24,947 nucleotides of DNA, from assembly GCA_965261975.1 (NCBI GenBank), contig CBDHEC010000041.1, positions 1 to 24,947 of the forward strand, written 5' to 3'. Below the pieces are notes generated by a model, which was given only the letters and a program-made list of their open reading frames with translations, did no database searches and had not been told where the DNA came from. This stretch comes from Alphaproteobacteria bacterium (GTDB lineage Bacteria > Pseudomonadota > Alphaproteobacteria > UBA6615). Positions 1-12,459 of the stretch are shown piece by piece. How positions within the stretch are numbered: position 1 is the stretch's first letter; each line of letters opens with the position of its first letter. The position numbers and the translations under genes were made by a program.

Positions 1-9
1 GTACGCACA

Positions 10-18
10 TGATATAAA
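10..18 (+). promoter_or_regulatory. Putative extended -10 element (TGaTATAAA) for uvrD
   Basis: TGATATAAA at 10-18, ending 11 nt before the ATG at 30. No Shine-Dalgarno in 19-29. The -35 region would lie outside the window. Confidence 0.45.
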
Positions 19-29
19 CACCGGCTCCA

Positions 30-2315
30 ATGTCTGATCCATTTCACATCGAAGAGCCGCAGAATTCTGGTGTTTCTGCCGTGGCGGAAGCGGCACCAGC
101 GCCCTACCTCACGCAGCTCAACAATCCTCAACGCGAGGCTGTCGAGGCGCTCGAGGGGCCGGTGCTGGTCCTCGCGGGCGCGGGAACGGGTAAAACACGT
201 GTCCTGACGACACGCCTGGCACATCTGCTGCGCCGCGGCCATGCCCGGCCGCATGAGGTGCTTTCCGTCACTTTTACCAACAGGGCTGCCCGCGAAATGC
301 GTGAACGGGTTGCGGGCCTGGTCGGCGGCCCTGCGGAGGCTATCTGGCTCGGGACCTTCCATGCGCTCGGCGCGCGGATCGTCCGCCGCCACGCTGAATT
401 GGTCGGCCTGCAGAGCAATTTCACGATCCTCGATGCCGATGATCAGGTGCGCCTCCTCAAGCAGCTTCTGGCAGCGGAGAATATCGACGACAAGCGCTGG
501 CCGGCCCGGGTCCTGATGGGCGTGATCCAGCGCTGGAAGGACAGGGCGCTGACACCGGAAAAGGTCTCGGCCTCCGACGCCGGAGATCTGGCGGGCGGAC
601 GGCTGGTCGATCTCTACCGCGATTATCAGGATCGTCTCAAAACCCTCAATGCCGCCGATTTCGGCGATCTGCTGCTGCACAATCTGACAATTTTTGCCGA
701 GCATCCCGAAGTGCTGGCCGAGTATCAGGACCGGTTCCAGTACATCCTGGTGGACGAGTATCAGGACACGAACGTGGCGCAGTATCTGTGGCTTCGTTTG
801 CTGGCCCAGAAGCATCGGAATATCGCGTGTGTCGGCGACGATGATCAGTCGATCTATGCCTGGCGCGGAGCGGAGGTCGGCAACATCCTTCGTTTCGAAG
901 AGGATTTCCCTGGCGCGAAGATCATCCGGCTGGAACAGAATTATCGCTCCACCGGGCCTATTCTCGGTGCGGCGTCCGGGCTGATTTCCCGCAACGAGGG
1001 ACGGCTGGGCAAGACGCTGTGGACCGAGGCCGACGGGGGCGAGAAGGTGCGTGTGCGCGGCGTCTGGGATGGCGAGGAAGAGGCCCGTACGGTCTCCGAC
1101 CGCATCGAGAGCATTCAGCACAAGGGCCGCGACGGTCAGCCGGTGGCGTTGAACGAGATCGCGATACTCGTACGCGCCGGTTTCCAGACCCGCGAGTTCG
1201 AAGAGCGCTTTCTGACGCTGGGGTTGCCTTACCGGGTGGTCGGCGGCCCGCGTTTCTATGAGCGCCAGGAACTGCGCGACGCGCTGGCATATTTACGGGT
1301 GATCCATCAGCCTGAGGACGATCTGGCGTTCGAGCGGATCGTCAACCGCCCCAAGCGTGGCATCGGCGACGCGACGGTGCAGGCGCTGCATGTGGCAGCA
1401 CGCGCGACAGGGAAAAGCCTTTATCGTGCGGCGGGCGAGTTGGTCACGACGGACGAGTTGCGCCCGAATATTCGCAGCGCATTGGGAAACCTGGTTACCG
1501 ATTTCGAGCGCTGGCGTGCGCTGTCGGGCGACGGCCGCGAGGGGCTGCCCCATTCGGAACTGGCCGAAATGGTGCTCGACGAGAGCGGCTACACCGAAAT
1601 GCTGATGAACGACAAGGCGCCCGAGGCACCCGGTCGACTGGAGAACCTCAAGGAACTCGTGGTCGCGATGGAAGAGTTCGAGAACCTCACGGGCTTCCTC
1701 GAACATGTCTCGCTGGTGATGGAAAACACCGAAGCCGCCGGCAGCGATCTGGTCAACATCATGACCCTTCATTCGGCCAAGGGGCTGGAGTTCGACACGG
1801 TCTTCCTGCCGGGGTGGGAAGAGGGGCTGTTTCCCCATCAGCGCAACATGGATGAGAACGGGCTGGCTGGTCTGGAGGAGGAGCGCCGACTGGCCTATGT
1901 GGGGCTGACCCGCGCCAAGCGGGATGCCACGATTTTGTTTGCCGCCAACCGCCGGGTTCACGGGCAATGGCAGTCGGCCATCCCGTCGCGCTTCGTCGAC
2001 GAATTGCCGCCGGAGTTTGTCGATGTCGACAGCGAGCCCGGGGTCTATAGCGGCAACCGCGATATGGGCGGATTCGGCCAAAGCCGCGCACTCGGCTATG
2101 GCAGCGGACCGTCGCGCGCGCCCAAGCGCGACATGGAGGCCAGCCTGATCCATGCCGAGCCCCAGGGGTTCGGTATCGGCGAACGGGTGTTTCATCAGAA
2201 GTTTGGCTATGGGCGGATTACCGCCATCGACGCCAACAAGCTCGCCATTGCCTTTGAGAAAGCGGGGGACAAGAAGGTGCTCGACAGCTTCGTTGTGCCC
2301 GCCGACGCGGTCTAG
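30..2315 (+). CDS. uvrD: ATP-dependent DNA helicase UvrD/PcrA (SF1A)
   Basis: 761 aa. Q motif LNNPQREAV, Walker A LAGAGTGKT, Walker B ILVDEYQDTN, VGDDDQSIY, LEQNYRS, MTLHSAKGLEF, EERRLAYVGLTRA. C-terminal Tudor-like domain GERVFHQKFGYG. Confidence 0.96.
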   Translation: MSDPFHIEEPQNSGVSAVAEAAPAPYLTQLNNPQREAVEALEGPVLVLAGAGTGKTRVLTTRLAHLLRRGHARPHEVLSVTFTNRAAREMRERVAGLVGGPAEAIWLGTFHALGARIVRRHAELVGLQSNFTILDADDQVRLLKQLLAAENIDDKRWPARVLMGVIQRWKDRALTPEKVSASDAGDLAGGRLVDLYRDYQDRLKTLNAADFGDLLLHNLTIFAEHPEVLAEYQDRFQYILVDEYQDTNVAQYLWLRLLAQKHRNIACVGDDDQSIYAWRGAEVGNILRFEEDFPGAKIIRLEQNYRSTGPILGAASGLISRNEGRLGKTLWTEADGGEKVRVRGVWDGEEEARTVSDRIESIQHKGRDGQPVALNEIAILVRAGFQTREFEERFLTLGLPYRVVGGPRFYERQELRDALAYLRVIHQPEDDLAFERIVNRPKRGIGDATVQALHVAARATGKSLYRAAGELVTTDELRPNIRSALGNLVTDFERWRALSGDGREGLPHSELAEMVLDESGYTEMLMNDKAPEAPGRLENLKELVVAMEEFENLTGFLEHVSLVMENTEAAGSDLVNIMTLHSAKGLEFDTVFLPGWEEGLFPHQRNMDENGLAGLEEERRLAYVGLTRAKRDATILFAANRRVHGQWQSAIPSRFVDELPPEFVDVDSEPGVYSGNRDMGGFGQSRALGYGSGPSRAPKRDMEASLIHAEPQGFGIGERVFHQKFGYGRITAIDANKLAIAFEKAGDKKVLDSFVVPADAV

Positions 2316-3190
2316 TGGCGGACAACGGCGCCTGGCAGGTCGAACTCCTGGTGCCCTCGGTGGCGCACGACGCGTTCTCCGACACGCTCGAGCCCTTTGT
2401 CGATGTCATTAGCCTGTTTCCCATAGAGGGCCACGACGAGACCCGGATTACCGGTTACGGCGCCTCGGCCCCCGATGCCGAAGGCCTGGCGGCGGCGCTC
2501 ATGCAGACCGCGGAACATATGGGAACCGCGGTGCCCGCCGCGGAAGTGGTCATGCTTCCGGATGTGGACTGGGTGGCCGAGAATCAGGCGAGTTTCGCGC
2601 CGGCCCGCGCCGGGCGGTTTTATATTCATGATTCCGACCATCTGGACCCGCCGCCCGCCGGGGCCGTGCCGATCCGTGTCGATGCCGCGACGGCCTTCGG
2701 GACCGGGCATCACGGCACAACGCGCGGCTGCCTGGAGGCGCTCGACCGGATGATCGCTGCCGGACTGACGTCCGCACCGGTCCTCGATCTGGGATGCGGC
2801 ACGGGAATACTCGGGATTGCCGCTGCCAAGGCCATGCGGGTGCGGGTGATCGCATCGGACGTTGATCCGATCGCGGTCGGCAAGGCGCATGAGAATGTCC
2901 GTGTTAACGGTGTCTCGGCATTTGTGCGGACCTATGAGAGCCGCGGTCTCGACGCCGTGGCGGTGCGCCGGCATGGTCCCTTTGGTCTGGTCCTGGCCAA
3001 TATCCTCGCCCGCCCCCTGGAGCGGCTCGCCCCGCTGATCGCGGCGCATCGCGCGCCCGGCGCGCCGGTTATCCTTTCCGGTTTGTTGCGCACCCAGGAA
3101 GCGCAGGTCATCGCTGCTTACCGGCGCGCCGGGCTCCGCCTGCGCGCGCGCATCCACCACGACGAATGGTCGACGCTGATCTGTCGCTAG
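2315..3190 (+). CDS. prmA: Ribosomal protein L11 methyltransferase
   Basis: 291 aa. GTG start overlaps the uvrD TAG (TAGTG). Motifs AFGTGHHGTT, SAM-binding VLDLGCGTGIL, ANILA, ILSGLL. Confidence 0.92.
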   Translation: MADNGAWQVELLVPSVAHDAFSDTLEPFVDVISLFPIEGHDETRITGYGASAPDAEGLAAALMQTAEHMGTAVPAAEVVMLPDVDWVAENQASFAPARAGRFYIHDSDHLDPPPAGAVPIRVDAATAFGTGHHGTTRGCLEALDRMIAAGLTSAPVLDLGCGTGILGIAAAKAMRVRVIASDVDPIAVGKAHENVRVNGVSAFVRTYESRGLDAVAVRRHGPFGLVLANILARPLERLAPLIAAHRAPGAPVILSGLLRTQEAQVIAAYRRAGLRLRARIHHDEWSTLICR

Positions 3191-4818
3191 GCGGCCTTCG
3201 TGTTCGCCGTGGTTCGCCGATCTTCGCGGATCATATCTGCGGCCTTCTCGGCGATCATGATCACCGGTGAGTTCGTGTTTCCGCTCGTGATGGTCGGCAT
3301 CACCGAGGCGTCGACAACGCGCAGTCCCTGGATGCCGTGGACGCGAAGACGATCATCGACGACCGCGCCGGGATCATCGCCCATCTTGGCGGTACCGACC
3401 GGGTGGAAGATCGTGGTGGCGATGTCGCCGGCTGCCTTGGCCAGATCGCCGTCGCTCGTGATCTCGGGGCCGGGCTTGAACTCTTCGGGTGCGAATTGGG
3501 CCATGGCCGGCTGGGCGATGATGTCGCGCGTTAGGCGGATCGCGTCGACCGCGACCCTGCGGTCGGCCTCGGTCGAAAGATAGTTGGGCCTGATCGACGG
3601 CTTGTCGCCGGCCTCGCCGCTTTTGATATGCACCGAGCCGCGGCTTTCGGGCCGCAGGTTGCAGACGCTGGCGGTGAAGGCCGGGAAGGGGTGCAGGGGT
3701 TCGCCGAATTTATCCAGGGTCAGGGGCTGCACGTGATACTGCAGGTTGGGGAATTCGAGCGACGGATCGGACTTGGCGAATGCTCCCAGTTGCGACGGCG
3801 ACATCGACATGGGACCGGACCGATTGAGCAGGTATTCGAGCGCGATTCCCATCTTGCCGAGCAGCCGGTTCGACCGCTCGTTCAGGGTCTCGACCCCCGA
3901 GACCTTGTAGGCGCAACGGACCTGCAGATGGTCCTGCAGATTTTCGCCCACCCCTGGTAGTGCGTGGAGCGTCTCGATTCCGTGGTCCGCGAGAATCTCG
4001 GGATTGCCGATGCCGGAAAGTTCGAGGATCTGTGGGCTGCCAATGGACCCGGCGGACAGGATCAGCTCGCCATTGACCTTCACCTCCGCGGGCGCGCCCT
4101 TGCGGCGCAACGCCAGGCCGGTGACGCGGCGGCCGTCGAACGTGATCCGGTCGACCTCCGCATGGGTGAGAACCGTTAGGTTCGCCCGGTTCTTCGCCGG
4201 CTTCAGGAAGGCGCGCGACGTGCTCACGCGGGTGCCGGTGCGCTGATTGACGTGAAAATAGCCACAGCCGTAATTATCGCCGCGGTTGAAGTCGCTGGTC
4301 CGCGGGATTCCGGCCTGCTCGGCGGCGTCCTGAAAGGCGTCGAGCACGTCCCAGGACAGGCGCTGGTTCTCGACCCGCCATTCGCCGTCGGTGCCGTGGA
4401 GGTCGTCGGCGGGCAGGGCCGCCTGGTCTTCGGATTTCAGGAAATAGGGCAGAACATCGTCCCAGCCCCAGCCGGTGTTGCCGAGCTGACGCCATTGGTC
4501 ATAGTCGCGCGACTGGCCACGCATGTAGATCATACCGTTGATCGATGAACAGCCACCCAGCACCCGGCCACGCGGATAGGCCAGCGCCCGCCCGTTCAGG
4601 CCTTCCTCGGCCTCGGTGCTGAACATCCAGTCGGTGCGCGGATTGTTCATGCAATACAGGTAGCCGACCGGAATCTTGATCCAGAAGTAGTTGTCCTTGC
4701 CGCCCGCCTCGAGCAGCAGCACGGACACGTCCGGGTCTGCGGACAGCCGGTTGGCAAGCACGCAGCCCGCCGAACCGGCGCCCACGATCACATAGTCAAA
4801 GGAGCCGAGGTCCTGCAT
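3187..4818 (-). CDS. GMC-family FAD oxidoreductase (choline dehydrogenase-like; substrate unknown)
   Basis: 543 aa. FDYVIVGAGSAGCVLANRLS, PRGRVLGGCSSINGMIYMRG, GVGENLQDHLQ, catalytic FHPVGTAKMG, RVVDASVMP and GNTNSP. Confidence 0.92.
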   Translation of the reverse strand: MQDLGSFDYVIVGAGSAGCVLANRLSADPDVSVLLLEAGGKDNYFWIKIPVGYLYCMNNPRTDWMFSTEAEEGLNGRALAYPRGRVLGGCSSINGMIYMRGQSRDYDQWRQLGNTGWGWDDVLPYFLKSEDQAALPADDLHGTDGEWRVENQRLSWDVLDAFQDAAEQAGIPRTSDFNRGDNYGCGYFHVNQRTGTRVSTSRAFLKPAKNRANLTVLTHAEVDRITFDGRRVTGLALRRKGAPAEVKVNGELILSAGSIGSPQILELSGIGNPEILADHGIETLHALPGVGENLQDHLQVRCAYKVSGVETLNERSNRLLGKMGIALEYLLNRSGPMSMSPSQLGAFAKSDPSLEFPNLQYHVQPLTLDKFGEPLHPFPAFTASVCNLRPESRGSVHIKSGEAGDKPSIRPNYLSTEADRRVAVDAIRLTRDIIAQPAMAQFAPEEFKPGPEITSDGDLAKAAGDIATTIFHPVGTAKMGDDPGAVVDDRLRVHGIQGLRVVDASVMPTITSGNTNSPVIMIAEKAADMIREDRRTTANTKAA

Positions 4819-4832
4819 CTGTCTCGCCTGTC

Positions 4833-5387
4833 TCAGTCGAGTTCGATGAGCAGGCCGTTGTCGTCGACCGCAACGCCGGTTTCACGCGCGGCCTCGATCA
4901 CCGAGGGATGCCAATGCACCTTCCCGGTGTCCGGGCCGCCGACAATGAAATGGAGCGTGGCCGGCTTGTCGGACACATTCTTGAAGCCGCGGTAGATCCC
5001 GATGGGAACGGAGACGGTATCGCCGGCCTCGAGGAACACCTCGCGCTCTTCCTCGCCGTCGCGCCAGTAGATCGACCATTTGCCGTCGAGCGGCATGAAC
5101 ACCTCTTCGGTCTCGTGCCAGTGCAGAGCCGCACCGCAACCCGGGTCGCATTTGGCAAACCCGTGGGCAAAGCCATGGGCATTGCCGAGTTTCGGCGCCA
5201 GATCCGGGTCGGATTCGTTCTCGGTCACGCCGAGACCGCACAGGTTGATCATCTCGCGCTCATGGCCGGGAATGCGCTGGTCCATGAAGCACAGGTCGCT
5301 GCCCTTGATTTCATTGAAGCGGGCCGTGCACGCCTCCATGTCGGCGATGCTGATGCTGGGGCCTGGCGGCGGATCAACGCGTGTCAT
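4833..5387 (-). CDS. Cupin-domain protein
   Basis: Cupin motif 1 GAALHWHETEEVFMPLDG and motif 2 GDTVSVPIGIYRGFKN. Start is ATG 5387 (purine-rich AAAAGGGACGAG upstream) or ATG 5411. Ends 14 bp before the GMC start. Confidence 0.85.
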   Translation of the reverse strand: MTRVDPPPGPSISIADMEACTARFNEIKGSDLCFMDQRIPGHEREMINLCGLGVTENESDPDLAPKLGNAHGFAHGFAKCDPGCGAALHWHETEEVFMPLDGKWSIYWRDGEEEREVFLEAGDTVSVPIGIYRGFKNVSDKPATLHFIVGGPDTGKVHWHPSVIEAARETGVAVDDNGLLIELD

Positions 5388-5433
5388 GATGTCTCGTCCC
5401 TTTGATTTCATTCAGGTCTTGTTTTTCATCGCG

Positions 5434-5462
5434 AGGATAGCGTGGCAACGCGGAATTGTCAT
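5434..5462 (-). promoter_or_regulatory. Putative sigma70 promoter for cupin-GMC (ATGACA-N17-TATCCT)
   Basis: Minus strand: -35 ATGACA (5462-5457), exact 17-nt spacer, -10 TATCCT (5439-5434). Confidence 0.55.
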
Positions 5463-5484
5463 ACGCAGAGGCGTCGCGTAGCTT
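5456..5484 (+). promoter_or_regulatory. Putative sigma70 promoter for aminopeptidase P (TTGTCA-N17-TAGCTT)
   Basis: -35 TTGTCA (5456-5461), 17-nt spacer, -10 TAGCTT (5479-5484). The predicted start site ~5491-5492 coincides with the ATG at 5492. Confidence 0.6.
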
Positions 5485-5491
5485 CGCGACC

Positions 5492-7288
5492 ATGACTAAG
5501 TCCTCCCCGAGCGAACGCCTGTCGGCCCTGCGCAGCAATATCGCGGAACGGGGCCTCGACGGGTTCGTGGTCCCGCATGCCGATGCCCATCAGAACGAAT
5601 TCCTGCCGCCGAACGCCGAACGGCTCGGCTGGCTCACCGGGTTTACGGGGTCGGCGGGGACCGCTGTGGTTTTGGCCGATCGCGCGGCGATCTTTGTCGA
5701 CGGGCGCTACACCCTCCAGGTGCGCGACCAGGTCGACGGAGATTTGTATGAGTTTCACCATCTGGTCGAGGCGCCGGTCACGGAGTGGCTGATGGATGCC
5801 CTGTCTGCCGGCAAGCGACTGGGTATTGATCCGTGGCTGCATACCCAGGCCGGGGTGCAGAAATTACGCCGCTCCCTGGATACGGTCGGTGCCGATCTCG
5901 TGTTCGTTGAGAACAACCCGGTGGATGCCGTGTGGGCCGACCAGCCGCCGCCACCGTCCGCGCCGGCGGTACCCCATGAGGCACGCTTCGCCGGTCGCAG
6001 CAGTGCCGAGAAACGCGCATCGCTGGGTGACGCGTTGGCGCGCGAGGGTCTTGATGCCGCTGTGCTGACCCAGCCGGACTCCATTGCCTGGTTGCTGAAC
6101 ATACGCGGCAGCGATGTCGACCACACGCCGTTGGCTTTGAGCTTTGCGATTCTGTTTGCCGACGGAAGCGTCGACTGGTTTCTGGCCGCGGAGAAGCGCT
6201 CCGAGGTGCTGACGACCCATCTGGGTGGAGGGGTCAATACGCACGATCCCGATGCGTTTGCCGGGGCGTTAGATGGTTTGGAAGGCCGCCGGGTGCTGGC
6301 CGCGCCCGACAGTGCCGCGGCATGGGTGTTCGATAGGCTGGAGCAGGCCGGTGCGGTGGTGCTGCGGGGCAGCGATCCTGTTTCCCTGTCCAAGGCCATC
6401 AAGAATGAGATCGAACTCGCCGGCACGCGTGCAGCCCATCTGCGCGACGGGGCGGCGCTGTCGCGGTTCCTGTGCTGGCTGTCCGAGGCGGCCCCCGCCG
6501 GTGGCGTCGACGAGATATCGGCGGCAGCGAAATTGGCCGAGTTCCGTGAGCCAGGTGAGTATTTCCGCGATCTGAGCTTCGGGACCATTTCCGGGTCCGG
6601 GCCGAATGGCGCAATTGTGCATTATCGCGTGACGCCGGAGACCAACCGGGCGCTGGCCGCCGGCGAACTCTATCTGGTGGATTCCGGCGCTCAGTATCTC
6701 GACGGGACGACCGACGTGACGAGAACCGTTGCGATAGGTGTGCCTTCGGATGAGATGCGTGATCGTTTTACCCGGGTGCTCAAGGGGCATATCGCGATTG
6801 CGACGGCGCGTTTCCCGGTCGGGACGAGCGGCGCGCAGCTCGACAGCCTCGCACGACACGCCCTGTGGCAGGCCGGTCTCGACTTCGATCATGGTACCGG
6901 CCATGGCGTGGGGAGCTATCTGGGTGTTCATGAGGGCCCGCAACGTATCTCGAAGACCGGGTCGTCGGTCCCCCTGCAACCGGGGATGATCGTGTCGAAT
7001 GAGCCGGGCTACTACAAAGAAGGTGCCTTTGGAATTCGCATTGAAAACCTGGTGGCGGTGGCGCAGCCGGGCGACGCTCCCGGCGGAGAACGCCCGATGC
7101 TTGGTTTTGAAACGCTGACCCTGGCACCGATTGATCGTACCCTGATCGATCCGGGCCTGCTGAACGCCGACGAGCGCAGCTGGATGGACGCTTACCATGG
7201 GCGCGTTGCAGCGGAGATCGGGCCTTTACTGGATGGTACTGCTCGCGACTGGCTCCTGGCGGTCACGGCCCCGTTAGATTCGAATTGA
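5492..7288 (+). CDS. pepP: Xaa-Pro aminopeptidase (aminopeptidase P, M24B, long three-domain form)
   Basis: Start placed at ATG 5492 (MTKSSPSERL) rather than TTG 5456. Motifs WLTGFTGSAG, FVDGRY, WLLNIRGSD, GAIVHY, DSGAQYLDGTTDVTRT, HGTGHGVGSYLGVHEGP, SNEPGYY, GIRIEN. Confidence 0.93.
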   Translation: MTKSSPSERLSALRSNIAERGLDGFVVPHADAHQNEFLPPNAERLGWLTGFTGSAGTAVVLADRAAIFVDGRYTLQVRDQVDGDLYEFHHLVEAPVTEWLMDALSAGKRLGIDPWLHTQAGVQKLRRSLDTVGADLVFVENNPVDAVWADQPPPPSAPAVPHEARFAGRSSAEKRASLGDALAREGLDAAVLTQPDSIAWLLNIRGSDVDHTPLALSFAILFADGSVDWFLAAEKRSEVLTTHLGGGVNTHDPDAFAGALDGLEGRRVLAAPDSAAAWVFDRLEQAGAVVLRGSDPVSLSKAIKNEIELAGTRAAHLRDGAALSRFLCWLSEAAPAGGVDEISAAAKLAEFREPGEYFRDLSFGTISGSGPNGAIVHYRVTPETNRALAAGELYLVDSGAQYLDGTTDVTRTVAIGVPSDEMRDRFTRVLKGHIAIATARFPVGTSGAQLDSLARHALWQAGLDFDHGTGHGVGSYLGVHEGPQRISKTGSSVPLQPGMIVSNEPGYYKEGAFGIRIENLVAVAQPGDAPGGERPMLGFETLTLAPIDRTLIDPGLLNADERSWMDAYHGRVAAEIGPLLDGTARDWLLAVTAPLDSN

Positions 7289-7362
7289 GGGTGCTCGGAT
7301 TCGCGCTAAGCTGTTGCTTGAACGAATTTCGCCACTAGAGCGACAGCATTGAGGGGGAACTC

Positions 7363-8256
7363 ATGGCCGAACGGAAAGTCATCGTCACGATTGCGCCGAC
7401 TGGCGGGATGGCGAGCAAGGAACAGAATCCCAACATTCCAACCCAGCCGCAGGAAATCGCGGACGATGTCTATCGTTGCTACGAGGCCGGCGCGTCCGTC
7501 GTAGCGGTACATGCGCGTCGGCCCGACGACCAGGCGACCTGCAATCCGGCGATCTATCGGGATATCAACGAACGCATCCGCGACAAGTGCGACATCATCC
7601 TCAACAACTCCACCGGCGGCGGCATCAATGGCGACATGATCAAGGAATCCACAGACGGGTTCCTCGAACTGTCATGGGAAGAGCGGCTCAAGGGCATGGA
7701 GGCCGGTGCGGAGATGTGCACCCTCGACCCCACGACCATCGTGGCGAACTTCGAGGGCCGCGAGATCATCATGAATACCTCGCCGGAGCGCTGTCGTGAA
7801 CTCGCGACCAAGATGCAGGCGAAGGGCATCAAGCCCGAATGGGAAGTTTTCAGCCCGACGCATCTGTTGCAGGACGTCATGACGCTTCTGAAGGACGGGC
7901 TGGACACGCAGCCATACTTCATCAACTTCGTGCTGGGTGCGGACCGTGGTTTCCAGGGCGCGATGCCCTATTCGCCGAAAATCCTGCAGGCGATGGTCGA
8001 TCTGATTCCCGAGGGGGCGAATTTCAATGTCAGCGCGATCGGTCCGTCGCAGTTGAATGCGGCCCTGCTGTCGCTGCTGCTTGGCGGCCATGTGCGGGTC
8101 GGCCTGGAGGACAATTTGTACTATGAGCGCGGCGTGCTGGCGAACAACGTCCAGCTCGTCGAGCGGATTGTCCGGATCATCCGCGAACTGGGGATGGAGC
8201 CGGCGACCCCGGAAGAAGCGCGTGAGATCATGGGCCTGAAATCGCTGGCCGCGTAG
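7363..8256 (+). CDS. DUF849 / BKACE family (3-keto-5-aminohexanoate cleavage enzyme-like) protein
   Basis: 297 aa. SD GAGGGGG. Motifs [70 protein letters not shown]. Confidence 0.9.
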   Translation: MAERKVIVTIAPTGGMASKEQNPNIPTQPQEIADDVYRCYEAGASVVAVHARRPDDQATCNPAIYRDINERIRDKCDIILNNSTGGGINGDMIKESTDGFLELSWEERLKGMEAGAEMCTLDPTTIVANFEGREIIMNTSPERCRELATKMQAKGIKPEWEVFSPTHLLQDVMTLLKDGLDTQPYFINFVLGADRGFQGAMPYSPKILQAMVDLIPEGANFNVSAIGPSQLNAALLSLLLGGHVRVGLEDNLYYERGVLANNVQLVERIVRIIRELGMEPATPEEAREIMGLKSLAA

Positions 8257-8284
8257 CTGCCGTCATCGTTGGGAGTGAATAGGC

Positions 8285-12446
<4,162 letters not shown>

Positions 12447-12459
12447 CCGAACGAATTGC

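Noticed and set aside
1293-2195. 300-aa antisense ORF within uvrD (similar ones at 2312-3160, 6269-7198, 9709-10680, 17194-18375, 20510-21703, 21304-22329)
   Set aside because: Shadow ORFs fully opposite well-supported genes, expected from high-GC codon bias, with no recognisable motifs.
5412-5429. Minus-strand mini-ORF MKNKT* directly abutting the in-frame cupin ATG at 5411 (possible uORF or TGA read-through)
   Set aside because: Its ATG lies only 4 nt from the predicted -10, so it is probably upstream of the transcription start. No SD and no SECIS-like evidence.
5456-5491. TTG start for pepP given in the ORF track
   Set aside because: The TTG is the predicted -35 hexamer. ATG 5492 fits the promoter geometry better.
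3187-8256. Choline/carnitine pathway linking the GMC (betA-like) and BKACE (dehydrocarnitine cleavage-like) genes
   Set aside because: The genes are in different transcription units. No carnitine dehydrogenase, betB, betI or betaine transporter is present, and family membership alone does not fix the substrate.
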